A stretch of DNA of 64,000 nucleotides from an uncultured Verrucomicrobiae bacterium (GTDB lineage Bacteria; Verrucomicrobiota; Verrucomicrobiia; Limisphaerales; JAFGQR01): contig CAWBHS010000022.1 in NCBI GenBank assembly GCA_963788655.1, forward strand, positions 1 to 64,000. Reading direction: 5' to 3'. Position 1 is the stretch's first letter. Each line of letters starts with the position of its first letter. The notes under the pieces were generated by a model. The model worked only from the letters and a program-made list of their open reading frames with translations, was not told where the DNA came from and made no database searches. Position numbers and translations under genes: made by a program. Positions 1 through 10,491 of the stretch are shown here, one piece after another.

Positions 1-47
1 AACTTGTCACTTGGCCCCCCTCAATTACTACGTAGTAAAGTAACGAA

Positions 48-344
48 TTGCCAAATGATTATGAATTTGTAACTCCTAATCAAGGCCCCTCACCTGGTTT
101 TACAAGTAGTTTTGTAATATCGTCAACCGCAACATTTGGAGAAACCGATCATTTTTCATTTGGAGGCGCCAATACGCAAACTCGGAATGCGGGCTATAAC
201 TTTGCGCCTGTTCCGGAGCCGATCACTTCGGCACTCCTGGTATTCGCGATTTTCGTTTTTTGCATTGCTGCTGTCCGAAAATGGAAGGTGAAGATGCTTT
301 GCGTGGATGTTTCCAGGGGTACCTCAGTAACCGGAAAAGCTTGA
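48..344 (+). CDS. C-terminal part of a PEP-CTERM sorting-domain protein (5' part outside the window or frameshifted)
   Basis: Ends ...APVPEPITSALLVFAIFVFCIAAVRKWK: VPEP motif, hydrophobic helix and basic cluster. Confidence 0.65.
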   Translation: MPNDYEFVTPNQGPSPGFTSSFVISSTATFGETDHFSFGGANTQTRNAGYNFAPVPEPITSALLVFAIFVFCIAAVRKWKVKMLCVDVSRGTSVTGKA

Positions 345-444
345 TTACGTCTGAATCGTGACCAGGAGAATCGAGTTTCCAATTTCCTTCGCCGGATTAA
401 TCCGCTGACTGGAACAACAAGAACAAGTGTCGGTCCTGACTTGT

Positions 445-568
445 ACAGACGATCTGACTGGAGGAACCTGATCCGGGCAGCGCCACCTTCCACTTCACAT
501 TCTCCGCATCGCTCCAGGTGGTGGCGGGCCGGGCGTCGGTCGTTCGAGACAAAAGTTTCGTTTTCCAT
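445..568 (-). pseudogene. Short N-terminal scrap of a PQQ-like/BamB-family beta-propeller gene
   Basis: Minus-strand 540->445 reads TDARPATTWSDAENVKWKVALPGSGSSSQIVC, matching the family motif W.....NVKWK..LPG.G.SSP. ATG at 568 is out of frame by 1 nt and the remainder of the gene is missing. Confidence 0.5.
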
Positions 569-1094
569 GGCGCCACCTTACGCGAACCAACCTTTAGGGA
601 ACGTGAAGGATCTTAAGAAAAAGCGGTTTCGCTTGGGTGTTCAGCCGGTGTCGGGCGGCAACGCGATGGCATCCACCGCCGGGCGCGCCTGGGCCAGGGT
701 GGCGGAAGGCAGTTGGCCGATCACCAAATAAGCCTTGAAGGTGACGGTGCGGCGCAATTCCTGAGCTTGGCGCAGGGCGATTGCCTGTTCGTGGTCAAGG
801 GCCGATTAACGCTGAAGATCCACCGCCAGGACGATCGGCTCTGGTTTGACCTGTATCCGTGACAGTGATCAAGGCTGGTGTCACATTTCGTTCGCGTGGT
901 GTCGCGTCACTCGCCAAACTACTTCTTTTGTTTGCCATAGAAACGCTTTCGCTTATGCCGATCTTGGTCGTCGTCCTAATTGTGGCCGTTAGGTCTATTC
1001 GCACGCGACCACCGGAACGCGACTTACCCCAATTCTCTTTAAATCCAGGCTTGCTGCGACTCGGCAAAAGTGTTATGAGCATAACATCCTGGAA

Positions 1095-1876
1095 ATGAAA
1101 ACTGAGAGCAGCATGCGGGGATTAGTTACGAATTTGTCGTTGAGGCTGGCGGCCATGGTGGCCTTCATCATCGTCTGTTTTTCTGCAAATGCCCAGACGA
1201 TGGGGGATGTCAACGACGACGGCATCGTTTCCATTTGCGATGCGATGTTGATTCAGAACCACGTCCAGGGCGCATCCCAATTGCTTACCAACGATCTCGC
1301 GCTTCCCCTGGCGGACATGGACGCAAATGGCGTCATTGCAAACAATGATGTCTACTCGTGATCGACACCATCTTGGGTCGCATCCCGCTTCAAAGCTTTG
1401 ACACCAATTTGCTGAGTTATGATGACGGTGATGGATTCAGTTTTCTGGAGGACTGGTATCATGGAGCCAATCCGTATAATCCGCATACCTTTGATCCAGA
1501 GATTGAGGACGAAGTCTATGTGCGTCGCAAAGGGATGGTGGTGCTCGCACAGCCCCCCATCGAGGTATACCGATACAACTACAGCGAAGGCGGTGCTGCT
1601 ATTGTGCTGGCGCAGCCACCCATCAAAATCCTTCGGACGCAAACGGAAGGTGGATATGGTGTCGTCCTGGCAAATCCGCCAGTTCAGGTATCGAGGAACG
1701 ATATTGCAAATGGACCGGGAATTATGCTGTCCCAACCTCCGGTCCAAATCATTCGCTCTGAAATGGAAGAAGATGGGAGAACAGGAGGGAACAGTTTGGA
1801 ACAAATATCTCGCACGGACCAGGTTGCCGAAAACAATCCGTTGACAAAACTACCAAAACAAAACAAACAGGAATAG
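1095..1876 (+). CDS. Secreted dockerin-domain protein with Ca-binding-like motif and four LAQPP repeats (one frameshift near 1355)
   Basis: Signal peptide ending SANA, then GDVNDDGIVSICDAMLIQNHV...ADMDANGVIANNDV/(fs)VIDTILG (duplicated dockerin F-hand motifs), then DGDGFS..ED...GANPYNP and 4 x (V/I)(V/M)L(A/S)(Q/N)PP repeats. ORFs 1095-1361 and 1358-1876 join by a 1-nt indel. Confidence 0.7.
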
Positions 1877-2634
1877 ATTCTTGTTCAACGCAACGCCAAC
1901 CCTTGACCATAAACCAATCGAGAAACTTTATGAAGATTTACCTGAACTTGATGCCCTTATTCATAACTTTGATCTTCATTGGCAGTGCCTCAGGGCAAGA
2001 ATTTCACAGCGGGAGCACAGGTGAGCGTGGCGATGTGATTGTATCCACAGATACCGTGTGGGATATACCTGATAATGGGCAGTTTCATTTCAACTCACTT
2101 GTAGTTCAATCCGGCGCAAGATTGACTTTCCGCAAGCCGACCAACGGACTTAATCCTCCCGTCTATTTCCTGGCTTTGAGCAACATTACGATTAATGGGA
2201 CGTATCTTTAAATGGCCTAACAGGTGCGGTTGGCGTGGTAGTTTCTGAAGGCGGTCCAGGTGGCTTCAATGGTGGATCCTATGGCCAATCCGCCGCAGGA
2301 AGACCAGAGGGGTACGGCCAAGGTCCCGGACGAGGTGTTGGCTATCCAAATTTTGCAGGGTCATATGGCACCCGAAACAACAATGGTGGTCCTATCTATG
2401 GGAATCGACTGATAATTCCTTTAATCGGGGGTTCTGGCGGTGCCGGCGCCGATGGTGGAGGAGATATTGGAGCCAGTGGCGGTGCCGGAGGTGGAGCTAT
2501 TCTGATCGCGTCAGATGTGCAAATAGAAGTTAATGGCAAGATTGAGGCACGAGGTGGTGACTCTTGGACTGCTCCAAGCCACAGTTCGGGAGCCGGTAGT
2601 TGAGATGCAACGGAATTTTGGACCATTTTCTCTC

Positions 2635-3489
2635 TTAATTTTTGCTTAATCTTTGGTGTTCAAATTGGTTGGGAGTTCGGTAGCCCAGCGCCGAGTGTTT
2701 GCGTTGATTATTGTAGTAGGCTTCGATGTATTCGAAGAGTTCGGTTTGCGCGTCTTGCGCGGTCTCAAAACAGCCGCCTTGCAGCATTTCTTTCTTGAGC
2801 GTTCCGATGAAGGATTCGGTCCAGGCGTTGTCGTAGGGATTGGCCCGGGCCGACATGCTCTGGCGCAAACCCGCGCGGGCCAGCACGCGGCGAAAGGCGG
2901 TGCGGCCATATTGACTGCCCCGATCACTGTGGAAGATGGTTTGGTCAATTCCCGGACGCGAAGCCAACGCTTGGTGGAGCGCCGCCAGGACCAGTTCGGC
3001 GCGCAGGTGATCAGCCAGGCTCCAGCCGACGATGCGACGGGAATACAGATCGATTACGACCGCCAGGTAAAGCCAGCCGGTCTGGGTGGGGATGAAGGTG
3101 ATGTCGCCAGCCCAAACCTGATTGGGGCGATCGGGCCGCGGTTGGCCTGTCACGAGGTTGGGCGAAGGCTGATTGGCTTTGCCGTCGCTGGTTTTGGGCA
3201 CGAAGTTTTTCGGTTGGATGGCCCGTAAACCCCGTTGTTTCATGAGGCGGCGAACGCGACTGGGAGCGCACACCACTTGCTGATCCCGCAGCTCCTGGCC
3301 GATGCGACGATAACCGTAGCGGCGGCGGTGCGCTTTGAAAACGGCTTCAATCCGATCGCTCAATTGCTGGTCGGCAGCCTGCGTGGCCGTGGCGGTGGCC
3401 GCGTGATAAAAGCTGCTGCGCGAACAGCCCAGGGTGTGACAAACCTGCCGCACACTACTGCCGGTTTTTTGTCGCAGAGTCAGGATCAT
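2635..3489 (-). CDS. IS3 transposase OrfB (DDE/rve catalytic domain)
   Basis: YGYRRI, VWAGDITFI, YLAVVIDLYSRRIVGW, FHSDRGSQY, DNAWTESFIGTLKKE, YYNNQRKHSALGY motifs. Confidence 0.95.
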   Translation of the reverse strand: MILTLRQKTGSSVRQVCHTLGCSRSSFYHAATATATQAADQQLSDRIEAVFKAHRRRYGYRRIGQELRDQQVVCAPSRVRRLMKQRGLRAIQPKNFVPKTSDGKANQPSPNLVTGQPRPDRPNQVWAGDITFIPTQTGWLYLAVVIDLYSRRIVGWSLADHLRAELVLAALHQALASRPGIDQTIFHSDRGSQYGRTAFRRVLARAGLRQSMSARANPYDNAWTESFIGTLKKEMLQGGCFETAQDAQTELFEYIEAYYNNQRKHSALGYRTPNQFEHQRLSKN

Positions 3490-3803
3490 TGCGCGTCGTT
3501 GAGTTGGGGTTTGGTTCCGAGAATAACGGCAGCCTTTTTTAAAATGTCATTCTCAATTCTGAGCTGGGCGATCTCCCGGCGGAGGCGGCGCCGCTCGTCC
3601 GCTGCGGGCTCCTCGCCTGCGGCTCGGAGCCCTGCGCTCCCGAGCGGCGCCGCCGGGGACGCTTGCCGGACCCAGCGGTAAAGGAGGTTGGCGCCAAAGC
3701 CAAAATCTTTGGCAACTTCCGGCACGGGTTTCCCCAAACTTACCAGTTCGACAGCTTGCGCCTTAAACTCTGGACTATATCTTTTTCGAGGCATTTCACT
3801 CAT
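3486..3803 (-). CDS. IS3 transposase OrfA (HTH), fused to OrfB by -1 frameshift
   Basis: RKRYSPEFKAQAVEL...LYRWVRQ...LRIENDILKKAA. Slippery A AAA AAG at 3540-3534 (minus), whose -1 frame runs open into the OrfB ATG. Confidence 0.92.
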   Translation of the reverse strand: MSEMPRKRYSPEFKAQAVELVSLGKPVPEVAKDFGFGANLLYRWVRQASPAAPLGSAGLRAAGEEPAADERRRLRREIAQLRIENDILKKAAVILGTKPQLNDAQ

Positions 3804-4374
3804 GATGTTCCTTATTCTCTTATGGAGTGGTCCAGGAATTTCGCACACTTCAAGTGGTGGTGCGATTAGGCTAGTTGCACCCCTTCTTAGTGGAAGCGGG
3901 ATACTCGACGTGAGTGGAGGAAAGAATCGAGATGTGTTAAATTTTTATGGAGGTGAAGGCAGGGTGACGTATCGATTGCAGGGATCAACCCATTCCGTTA
4001 ACGGTGGTCGGTATTTATAAGCGGCCCGATTGGACGGTTGGTCGCAACCCAGTAATCTTCCCCCCCAACTCTCCCAAACTCGACATCATCCATGCCGCCG
4101 GCACGGTGATTCCAGAAGGCACAAATGCCGCAGTGGTCGTAACTCTTCCAACTGGTTCTCCTGCCAATCAGTTGGTCACGCTTCAGGCGCGAAACTTTTC
4201 GGGATCATTCACCAATTATGTTGATGTGACACCCGAAAGCGGCCCTTCGACGCGTTACAGTTTTGTTTGGGATGTTGGCACCAGTCCACTGGCGACGACA
4301 AACGTCACGGTGCAAATACCGGCCAATACACCCACCCATATTACTGCATGGGCAGAGATCCAATTCTGATTTCC

Positions 4375-5185
4375 ATGGAAGCCGTCGCAGCAACGAGAAT
4401 TCAGTTTGTCCGAGCCGAGGACTGCGGTTGGAAAGCATGCCTGCATGCACGCTACCCGCGCTGGCGGCACTTCAGAAATGCGCTGGCGGTACTGATGTGC
4501 GGCTGGTGCCTGATGTCCGCCTTGGGTGCCGAGTATCCGACACTGATTGTGGGCACCCAAGGTGTGGCTCAAGGTCGGACCAATCTCCTTTCGATCTGGT
4601 TTTCCAATCCAACTGAAGTAGGGGGATTGCAACTGGATTTGCTGTTCAATCCGAGTTACGTGGACACCGAACGACTGCATATGACAAACGAATTATCCGG
4701 AGTGCTGGCGGATGCTGCCCTGATCGAATCCAACCGCTTCCGCATGCTGTTTCTGTCAACGAACAACCTGCCGCTCAGCAATGGTCTGCTGGTGGAACTC
4801 ACGATTGTCGCCCGGACCAACGCTCCCAATGGCCTGCTTCGCGTCCCCATTCTGTCTGTAACCAACGGCCAAACGTACGCCACCACGATGCAGGGTGACT
4901 GCCAGTGACAGCTTTAACCTGCACGCCGGTCAACTCCTGGTCGGCGATGCTTTTGCCTTTGTGGACGGTGTCGGCCGTGTCCAGTTCCAGGCAGCGGACC
5001 CGGTGACTACCGTCTTCTTCGCGAATTCCAAGTTTGACCACAGCCTGTCAAATCTGGCGACCTGGTCAGCCATCGGCACCAATGTCGGGAGCAACGGACT
5101 GGTCATTTGGATGGATTACGATGTGACAAACTATACGAGACGCGTGTACACTCGGCGCCCACCGTATCCAGTGACTCCTCCATAA
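4375..5185 (+). CDS. Secreted cohesin-domain protein with Verrucomicrobia-type C-terminal (RFYR-like) domain (frameshift near 4890)
   Basis: G.QGVAQGRTNLLSIWFSNPTEVGGLQLDLLFNP...NGLLVELTIVA..NAPNG fits the cohesin beta-sandwich pattern. The C-terminal SNLATWSAIGTN..SNG...W.D...TN.TRRVY resembles the C-terminal domain common in Verrucomicrobial exoproteins. Start codon uncertain. Confidence 0.6.
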
Positions 5186-5212
5186 CGGACGAAGCCCGAC
5201 CGCCGGATCGTC

Positions 5213-5284
5213 GGCGACCACCAGGAACCCATCTTCCGGGACGCGGCCGACCGCCAACGCTTCTTGGAAACCTTGGGCGAGGCG
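5213..5284 (+). pseudogene. 72-bp fragment of a RAYT/HUH transposase
   Basis: GDHQEPIFRDAADRQRFLETLGEA is 20/24 identical to GDRREPIFRDDADRNRFLETLGEA in the transposase at 12470-13393. Confidence 0.8.
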
Positions 5285-5367
5285 CCACGCTTCGCTTGAT
5301 TTCAGATGGCGGATTTCAGATTGCAGATTCGTGACGAAGGGAACTTTGTGGCCGGAATGATGTCGAA

Positions 5368-5800
5368 TCAGGAAGATTGTTGCGAGGTGCCAGTTGGCGA
5401 CAAGATGGGCTTGTAATAAAGAACTTTTGTGTGCGGATATTGGCGCCATGCACGGTCGCTGGTCACGGCGGTCAGGTCATGCTGACGAGCCGTGGCCACA
5501 ATCATTTGATCGTACAGGATCATCAACCGGAAACGCCTCCAAGGAGGCTGAGTCAGCGGCGATTTCCGGTGTCAGCGGCAGAATCACCAATTGACTGGTG
5601 AGAGCGAGATGGAACCAATCCAGGGTCGGTTGTCCGAGATCCAATCTGCCGTGGGCTGCTTTCCAGGCGACTTCACGCAACGATACCGCGCTTAATCCCA
5701 CTTGAGCTTCCGCGAGCAGCAAAGAACGGCAAGCTTCCGGCAAGGTGTGCGGCTCCCGAGAAAGGCGGAGCCAAATGCTGGTATCGAGCAAATAGCGCAT
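5368..5800 (-). CDS. vapC: PIN-domain (VapC-like) toxin, 1-nt frameshift near 5516
   Basis: MRYLLDTSIWL, SAVSLREVAWK...GRL. After the indel it reads DP-YDQMIVATARQHDLTAVTSD to a stop at 5368. Confidence 0.8.
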
Positions 5801-5806
5801 CGCAGG

Positions 5807-6016
5807 TTACCACCGTTCCCCTGTAGGCTCCTCCAGGTCATTCGGCAAAGCAGGACCGCCAACGGTGGCGCCAATAAAGGAACGCGCCTCGGCGCAAGGT
5901 GTCAACCGCGCCACTGGCTTGCCTTCCAAGGTCACTTGGACCTCTTCTCCCGCGGTAACCCATTGGAGTATCTCCTGCCACTGGCTAGGGACTTCCTGAA
6001 CACTGGCTGTTTTCAT
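5807..6016 (-). CDS. Phd/YefM-family antitoxin
   Basis: 69 aa, MKTASVQEV...ILQWVTAGEEVQVTLEGKPVARLTP, immediately upstream of the PIN toxin. Confidence 0.85.
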   Translation of the reverse strand: MKTASVQEVPSQWQEILQWVTAGEEVQVTLEGKPVARLTPCAEARSFIGATVGGPALPNDLEEPTGERW

Positions 6017-6106
6017 GTTTGCAAGATGCCGCTACTCTCAGCGGTTTGCAAGCACGGGACCGCTGACAATGGCAACGGCACTTGCTCCAATCCGTTGTTT
6101 TAAGAG

Positions 6107-6180
6107 GTGTTCGAGAACCCGGACGTCATCCGCGTGGGTGACGACTATTACCTCGCCGGCACCACCATGCTCATGTCCTT
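6107..6180 (+). pseudogene. Tiny N-terminal scrap of a GH43-like glycoside hydrolase
   Basis: FENPDVIRVGDDYYLAGTTM matches the GH43 N-terminal DP.VIRVGDDYY motif, but homology stops after about 25 codons. Confidence 0.5.
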
Positions 6181-6327
6181 CACCAATCATCGCAAGCTGG
6201 CCATCAAACCTAACGAGCCTGGACCGGTCACGGTTTGGGCCACCGGTCCACGCCCGGCTCGCAAGGGCGGCGCCTGTTTCAAATGGATGGAAGGCGAATG
6301 AGATGCACTCACCGCCCATGGCTGTGG

Positions 6328-8327
6328 CTATTTGCTCCTCGCCTTCACGTCGTAGCAGAACAGCGCATCCTGATCGCGCACGTAGAGTTTGCCATTGGCG
6401 ATGACCGGGTGAGTCCAGGCCGGTTGCCTGGTGCGGTCGGGTTGTTCGAAACGGCCTCGCTCGACGTATTCTTTTCGGTTCGGCTCAATCAGGAGCATGG
6501 TGCCTTCCTCAGTCCGGTAATAAATTCGGCCATCCGCTACGGCTACTGAACCTTTTCTCACGCGGCGTTTGTCGCGGTCGCTTTCATCCCACAGGGTCTT
6601 GCCGGTTTGGAAGTCGAGGCAAACGAGGTAGCCACCCCCATTGCCGCCGTTGGCCCCATACAGGCAGCCATCGACGAGGACCACGCCGCCATGGTGGTTT
6701 TCCATCTCCTTGGAGAACCAGACTTCCTCGGCCTTGACCTCGCCGTTGGTATGTCTTGCTGAGTTTCACCAATCCCCCACCGGCACCATAAGCCGAGGCG
6801 GCGAAGACGTGGCCATCGTGGTAGATCGGCGTGGAACAGTTGATCGTCATGCGATTGGCGGGCCGGTCGTATTGCCAGAGGAATTTCCCATCGGACGCGG
6901 CAACCCCAACGAGTGCCTTCGCGGTAAATTGCACATACTCGCGCTGCCTGTCGAAGTCGATCGCGATGGCCGAAGCGTATGCCGCTCCCGAATCGCCGAA
7001 ACCACCCCGGCCGGAGCCCCCGCGTCCACGCCCGCCACCTGATCGAACGTCCCGCGGGAGCCGCGCTCACAACGTCCGTAGCCGGGACCTTCTCGCGGAG
7101 TTCCAAGTCGAAGCTCACGTCGCTCGAGTTGGCATTGGCCTGGTGTACCTCGACCGCGATGATGTTGTTGCCGGCCACGAGTTGATTGGGGGCAAGGTCG
7201 TGAAGGTGGAATTCGTTCTCAGCGAAATCTGTGCCCGCCGCGTAGGAGTCATGATTCACCGCTCCCGTTGGCATATTATCGCGCCAGACCTCAACCCCGT
7301 TGATGAAGACGACGGCTCCGTCGTCTCGCAGCAGACGGATGATGAGTGGCTTCAGCCGGCTGGGGTCCTTGACTTCGAACTTCTGCCGAAAGTAATAGGT
7401 CGGATAGTTCTCTGGCGCATTGTTGATGCGTGTTTTCTCGTCGCCATCCCCGTAGCCGAGTTGGGCGGGACCTTCAGGCCACGCGTCATCCTTGAAGTCG
7501 AGTTTGGTCCAGTCGGGGCCTGGGAAGGCGCCGGTGTCCAGGTATTTCCACCGTGAGCCTGTCGGGATCATGATGACCGGCTGAGCCCGCGGCGACGCCG
7601 GAGCCCCACGGACTTCGCGGCGTTCTTCGCGGTTGGGATTCGCGCCTCCTCGGTCAAATCCTCCCCCGCTTCCACGGTTGGTGCCACCTTCGGCGCCATT
7701 GGACACTTTACTCTTCCAGATTGGCTCGCCCGTCAACTTGTCGAGGGCGACGAGGAGTGCCTCTTCGCCACCGGGAGTGCAGATGACCTTGTCGCCATCA
7801 ACGAGTGGCGACTCGTTGTATTTCCAGGCGGGTGCGCCCCCGCCCAAATCGGTTACCAGGTTGCGTTGCCAAACGATCTTGCCATCTCCAACCTGGAGGC
7901 AGGCCAAGTCACCACCGCGGCCAAGGACATAGAGCCGTTCCCCATCCACCGTCGGCGTGCATCCTGCCCCCTCTTTTCCCTGCGGCATTCCTGATGTTAT
8001 AGCCGGTCCCAGACGCGTCACCCAAAGTTCCTTGCCGTCCTTCTCGGACAAGGCCCAAACGACTTCGTCGCCGCCGCGATTGCTCATGCCGAAAATCCGT
8101 CCGGTCGCAATGGAGGGGGCGCTGTAGCCGCCACCGAGTCCCGTGATCTTCCAGGCGAGGGGTGGGCCCTCTTTCGGCCATTCCTGGAGCAGGCCGGTTT
8201 CCTTGGAAATGGCGTTCCGGTCAGGCCCTTGCCATTGGGGCCAATCGAAGGAACCTGCCAAGGTTGCATAGGCGGTCCCGCCGAGCAGGATCCACGCGAG
8301 ATACAAGTCGTTGTGTTTCATTCTCAT
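6328..8327 (-). CDS. Secreted PQQ-binding-like (BamB-family) beta-propeller with inserted beta-sandwich domain (frameshifts near 7045 and 6750)
   Basis: [56 protein letters not shown]-terminal [21 protein letters not shown]. ORFs 6558-8327, 6584-6934 and 6328-6705 join. Confidence 0.8.
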
Positions 8328-8530
8328 AAAATCAGATTTATCGCGAATATTGGCACCTTCATATTCTTGCTTTATCCTTACAAGCGAAAACGGTCATCGA
8401 AGTCCGCACAGTTTTCTGACGGCTCTGGACGTCCGCGAGGGCCTGGTTGAGACGTAGGATCAGCCGCGGAGCCTGAGGCGTCGCTTTGCTGGATTTCATC
8501 GCGTGACTGATGCGTTCAGCGGTGCGAGCC

Positions 8531-8929
8531 TCACCCATTGTCAGCTTCGGCCGGTTCGATCAGTTCGACCGCGGCATGTTCAATTCCTCCATCCAACGTT
8601 GCCAGTCTGTATCCATGTCGGTCTGCCAGCGCCGCGAGATACTGGTCAGTGACCTGATCCGAGTTCACGGGATGCGATTCCAACGCTGGCAGATCGTCGG
8701 CGATCCACGAGGCTTTGGTTTCGCTCAGAAATTTTCCCAACGCTTTGCGCGCATCTGCCATTGGCGCGGCGATGGCTTTCTTGTTGGTGCTGATCCGCAG
8801 GAAGCCCAGTTCCAAGATCGGGCAAACGACCACTGATTTGCCCTTCAGCCAAGCGTCTGCCGCCGCGTATTGCGGGTGATTAGCCCAGATCGCGGCCAGA
8901 AGAACATTAATGTCCAGGAGGTATGTCAT
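8531..8929 (-). CDS. vapC: PIN-domain (VapC-like) toxin
   Basis: MTYLLDINVLLA, CPILELGFLRIST, QVTDQYLAALA....RLATLD. Confidence 0.88.
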   Translation of the reverse strand: MTYLLDINVLLAAIWANHPQYAAADAWLKGKSVVVCPILELGFLRISTNKKAIAAPMADARKALGKFLSETKASWIADDLPALESHPVNSDQVTDQYLAALADRHGYRLATLDGGIEHAAVELIEPAEADNG

Positions 8930-9163
8930 GGGAACTCTGCCAAGGCTTCCTTGATGGCTTGGAGCGAGATCGGACGGTCGGTGACACCAACCGTGCGCCC
9001 GTTACGCTTCTCGAAACGGACCTTGGCCGGACGCCCTTGCGCCGGTTCAAGCTTGGTGAGCATGATACGGCCGTGAGCGTCCTTTTCATACGCGAACTTG
9101 GTACGCGGCTCGAACGTCCGGCAGCCGGACGCGCTGGTAATCGTCAACCGTCAAAGTCTTCAT
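8926..9163 (-). CDS. AbrB/MazE-like antitoxin (1-nt frameshift near 9112)
   Basis: MKTLTVDDYQRVRLPD/(fs)EPRTKFAYEKDAHGRIMLTKL. The stop overlaps the toxin ATG (ATGA) and a promoter-like TTGAGT-16-TAATTT lies 6 nt before ATG 9163. Confidence 0.7.
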
Positions 9164-9286
9164 GCCGGTAAATTACCGTTACCAGGGTCGCACTCAAGCC
9201 CAAACCTGGATGAAGCCTTGGCCCGGTCATGGCGCTGGTGTTTCGTAGGAATGACGATGGAAGAAGCACAGTTCCGGCACGCTGGT

Positions 9287-10369
9287 TCAGCTTTCGATGA
9301 TTACCTTGACCACTTTGTCCCGGTAGGCCGTGTTCATGCGGAAGGCTTCGACCGTGCTTTTGAGCGGCAGCCGGTGGCTCACCAAGCCGTGTAGATCCAC
9401 CCGGCCCTGTTCCGTCAACCGAATCGCCCGCGGATACACATGCTTCATGCGCCGGCTCATGATGATCGTGAGCCCTTTGCGGCGGGCGACGGAATGTTTC
9501 AATTGTAAACGGTCATCACCGGGAATCCCGACCAGCACCAGCCGGCCACCCAGCCGCACCATTTCCGCGGCCTGCTCGACCGATTGATCGGCCCAGGCGG
9601 CTTCCACGGCCACATCGACCCCGCGGCCATTTGTCGCTTTCATGATACGCGCGGTTGCATCCTGCCGGTCAAAGTGAATCGGGATGCCGCCCCATTTTCG
9701 CGCGAGCTTGAGGCGCCACGAAAATCTATCGGTGATGAAAATCGGATTGGCGCCGGCCAACCGCGCGACTTGCAGAATGAGCAACCCAATCGGTCCCGCC
9801 CCGAGGATGGCCAGGCTGTTACCGACTTTGAGCTTGGCAAAGTCCACCGTGTGGATGGCCACGCCGAGTGGTTCCAACAGGGCGCCCTGGGTGTCGTCCA
9901 GCGAATCGGGGATCGGAAAACAGGAGCGCGCCGGCATGTGCATCCATTCACAGAAGCTGCCGCCGTAGGGATAATTGCCGCAGAAGGCCAGCCGAGCGCA
10001 TAGGTTCGGATGGCCGTGCTCGCAAAACTCGCAGCGGTGACACGGTTGCGCCGGATCCACCGCCACGCGGGTGCCGGGATGGAGCGGTTCGAATCGGCCG
10101 TCTTCCGAATCCGGGCCCACCGCGGTAATGACGCCGGAAAATTCGTGGCCCAAAATGAGCGGACCGCCAATGGGCGTATCGCCAATGCGCGCGTCCTGAT
10201 ACGAATGAAGATCGCTTCCGCAGACTCCGGTGCAATTGACGCGCACCAGCACCTGACCACGTTCGGGTGGTCCAGGATGCGGCACGCGCTCGACGCGCAA
10301 GTCAGCCGGACCATGCAAGCGGGCGGCGAGCATGGTGGCCGGAATACGGTTATTACTGTGACGTTTCAT
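9287..10369 (-). CDS. Zn-dependent alcohol/polyol dehydrogenase (sorbitol/L-iditol dehydrogenase-like)
   Basis: [38 protein letters not shown]. Confidence 0.9.
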   Translation of the reverse strand: MKRHSNNRIPATMLAARLHGPADLRVERVPHPGPPERGQVLVRVNCTGVCGSDLHSYQDARIGDTPIGGPLILGHEFSGVITAVGPDSEDGRFEPLHPGTRVAVDPAQPCHRCEFCEHGHPNLCARLAFCGNYPYGGSFCEWMHMPARSCFPIPDSLDDTQGALLEPLGVAIHTVDFAKLKVGNSLAILGAGPIGLLILQVARLAGANPIFITDRFSWRLKLARKWGGIPIHFDRQDATARIMKATNGRGVDVAVEAAWADQSVEQAAEMVRLGGRLVLVGIPGDDRLQLKHSVARRKGLTIIMSRRMKHVYPRAIRLTEQGRVDLHGLVSHRLPLKSTVEAFRMNTAYRDKVVKVIIES

Positions 10370-10491
10370 TAGGTGAGAGTTTTGTCGTTGCGCCGAATTC
10401 GGCGAATGATCGGGCAACCCAATATTTCCAACAAGCCTGAACTAAAGCGAGAGGACTTGCCGGACCGTTCAGCAAGCGATAATCTTCAAAT

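Larger units (their letters stand above)
2601..3852 (-). mobile_element. IS3-family insertion sequence (1252 bp)
   Basis: 5'-TG...CA-3' ends, imperfect IRs (TGAGATGCAACGGAATTTTGGACCA vs rc TGAAGTGTGCGAAATTCCTGGACCA), 3-bp target duplication AGT at 2598-2600 and 3853-3855, orfA/orfB organisation. Confidence 0.95.
1930..4369 (+). pseudogene. Secreted glycine-rich protein interrupted by IS3 (also indels near 2200 and 3967)
   Basis: Signal peptide, FHSGSTG..GD..V, PVYFLA..NITING, GGPGGFNGG, LIPLIGGSGG, GGAGGGAILIAS. Removing the IS (2601-3852) and one AGT copy restores SGAGS|GGAIRLVAP, followed by GEGRV/RID and a C-terminal beta-rich domain. Confidence 0.8.

Noticed and set aside
795..1098. Short ORFs 859-1098 (+) and 795-1082 (-) upstream of the dockerin gene
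   Set aside because: No recognisable motifs or start signals. More likely a promoter region.
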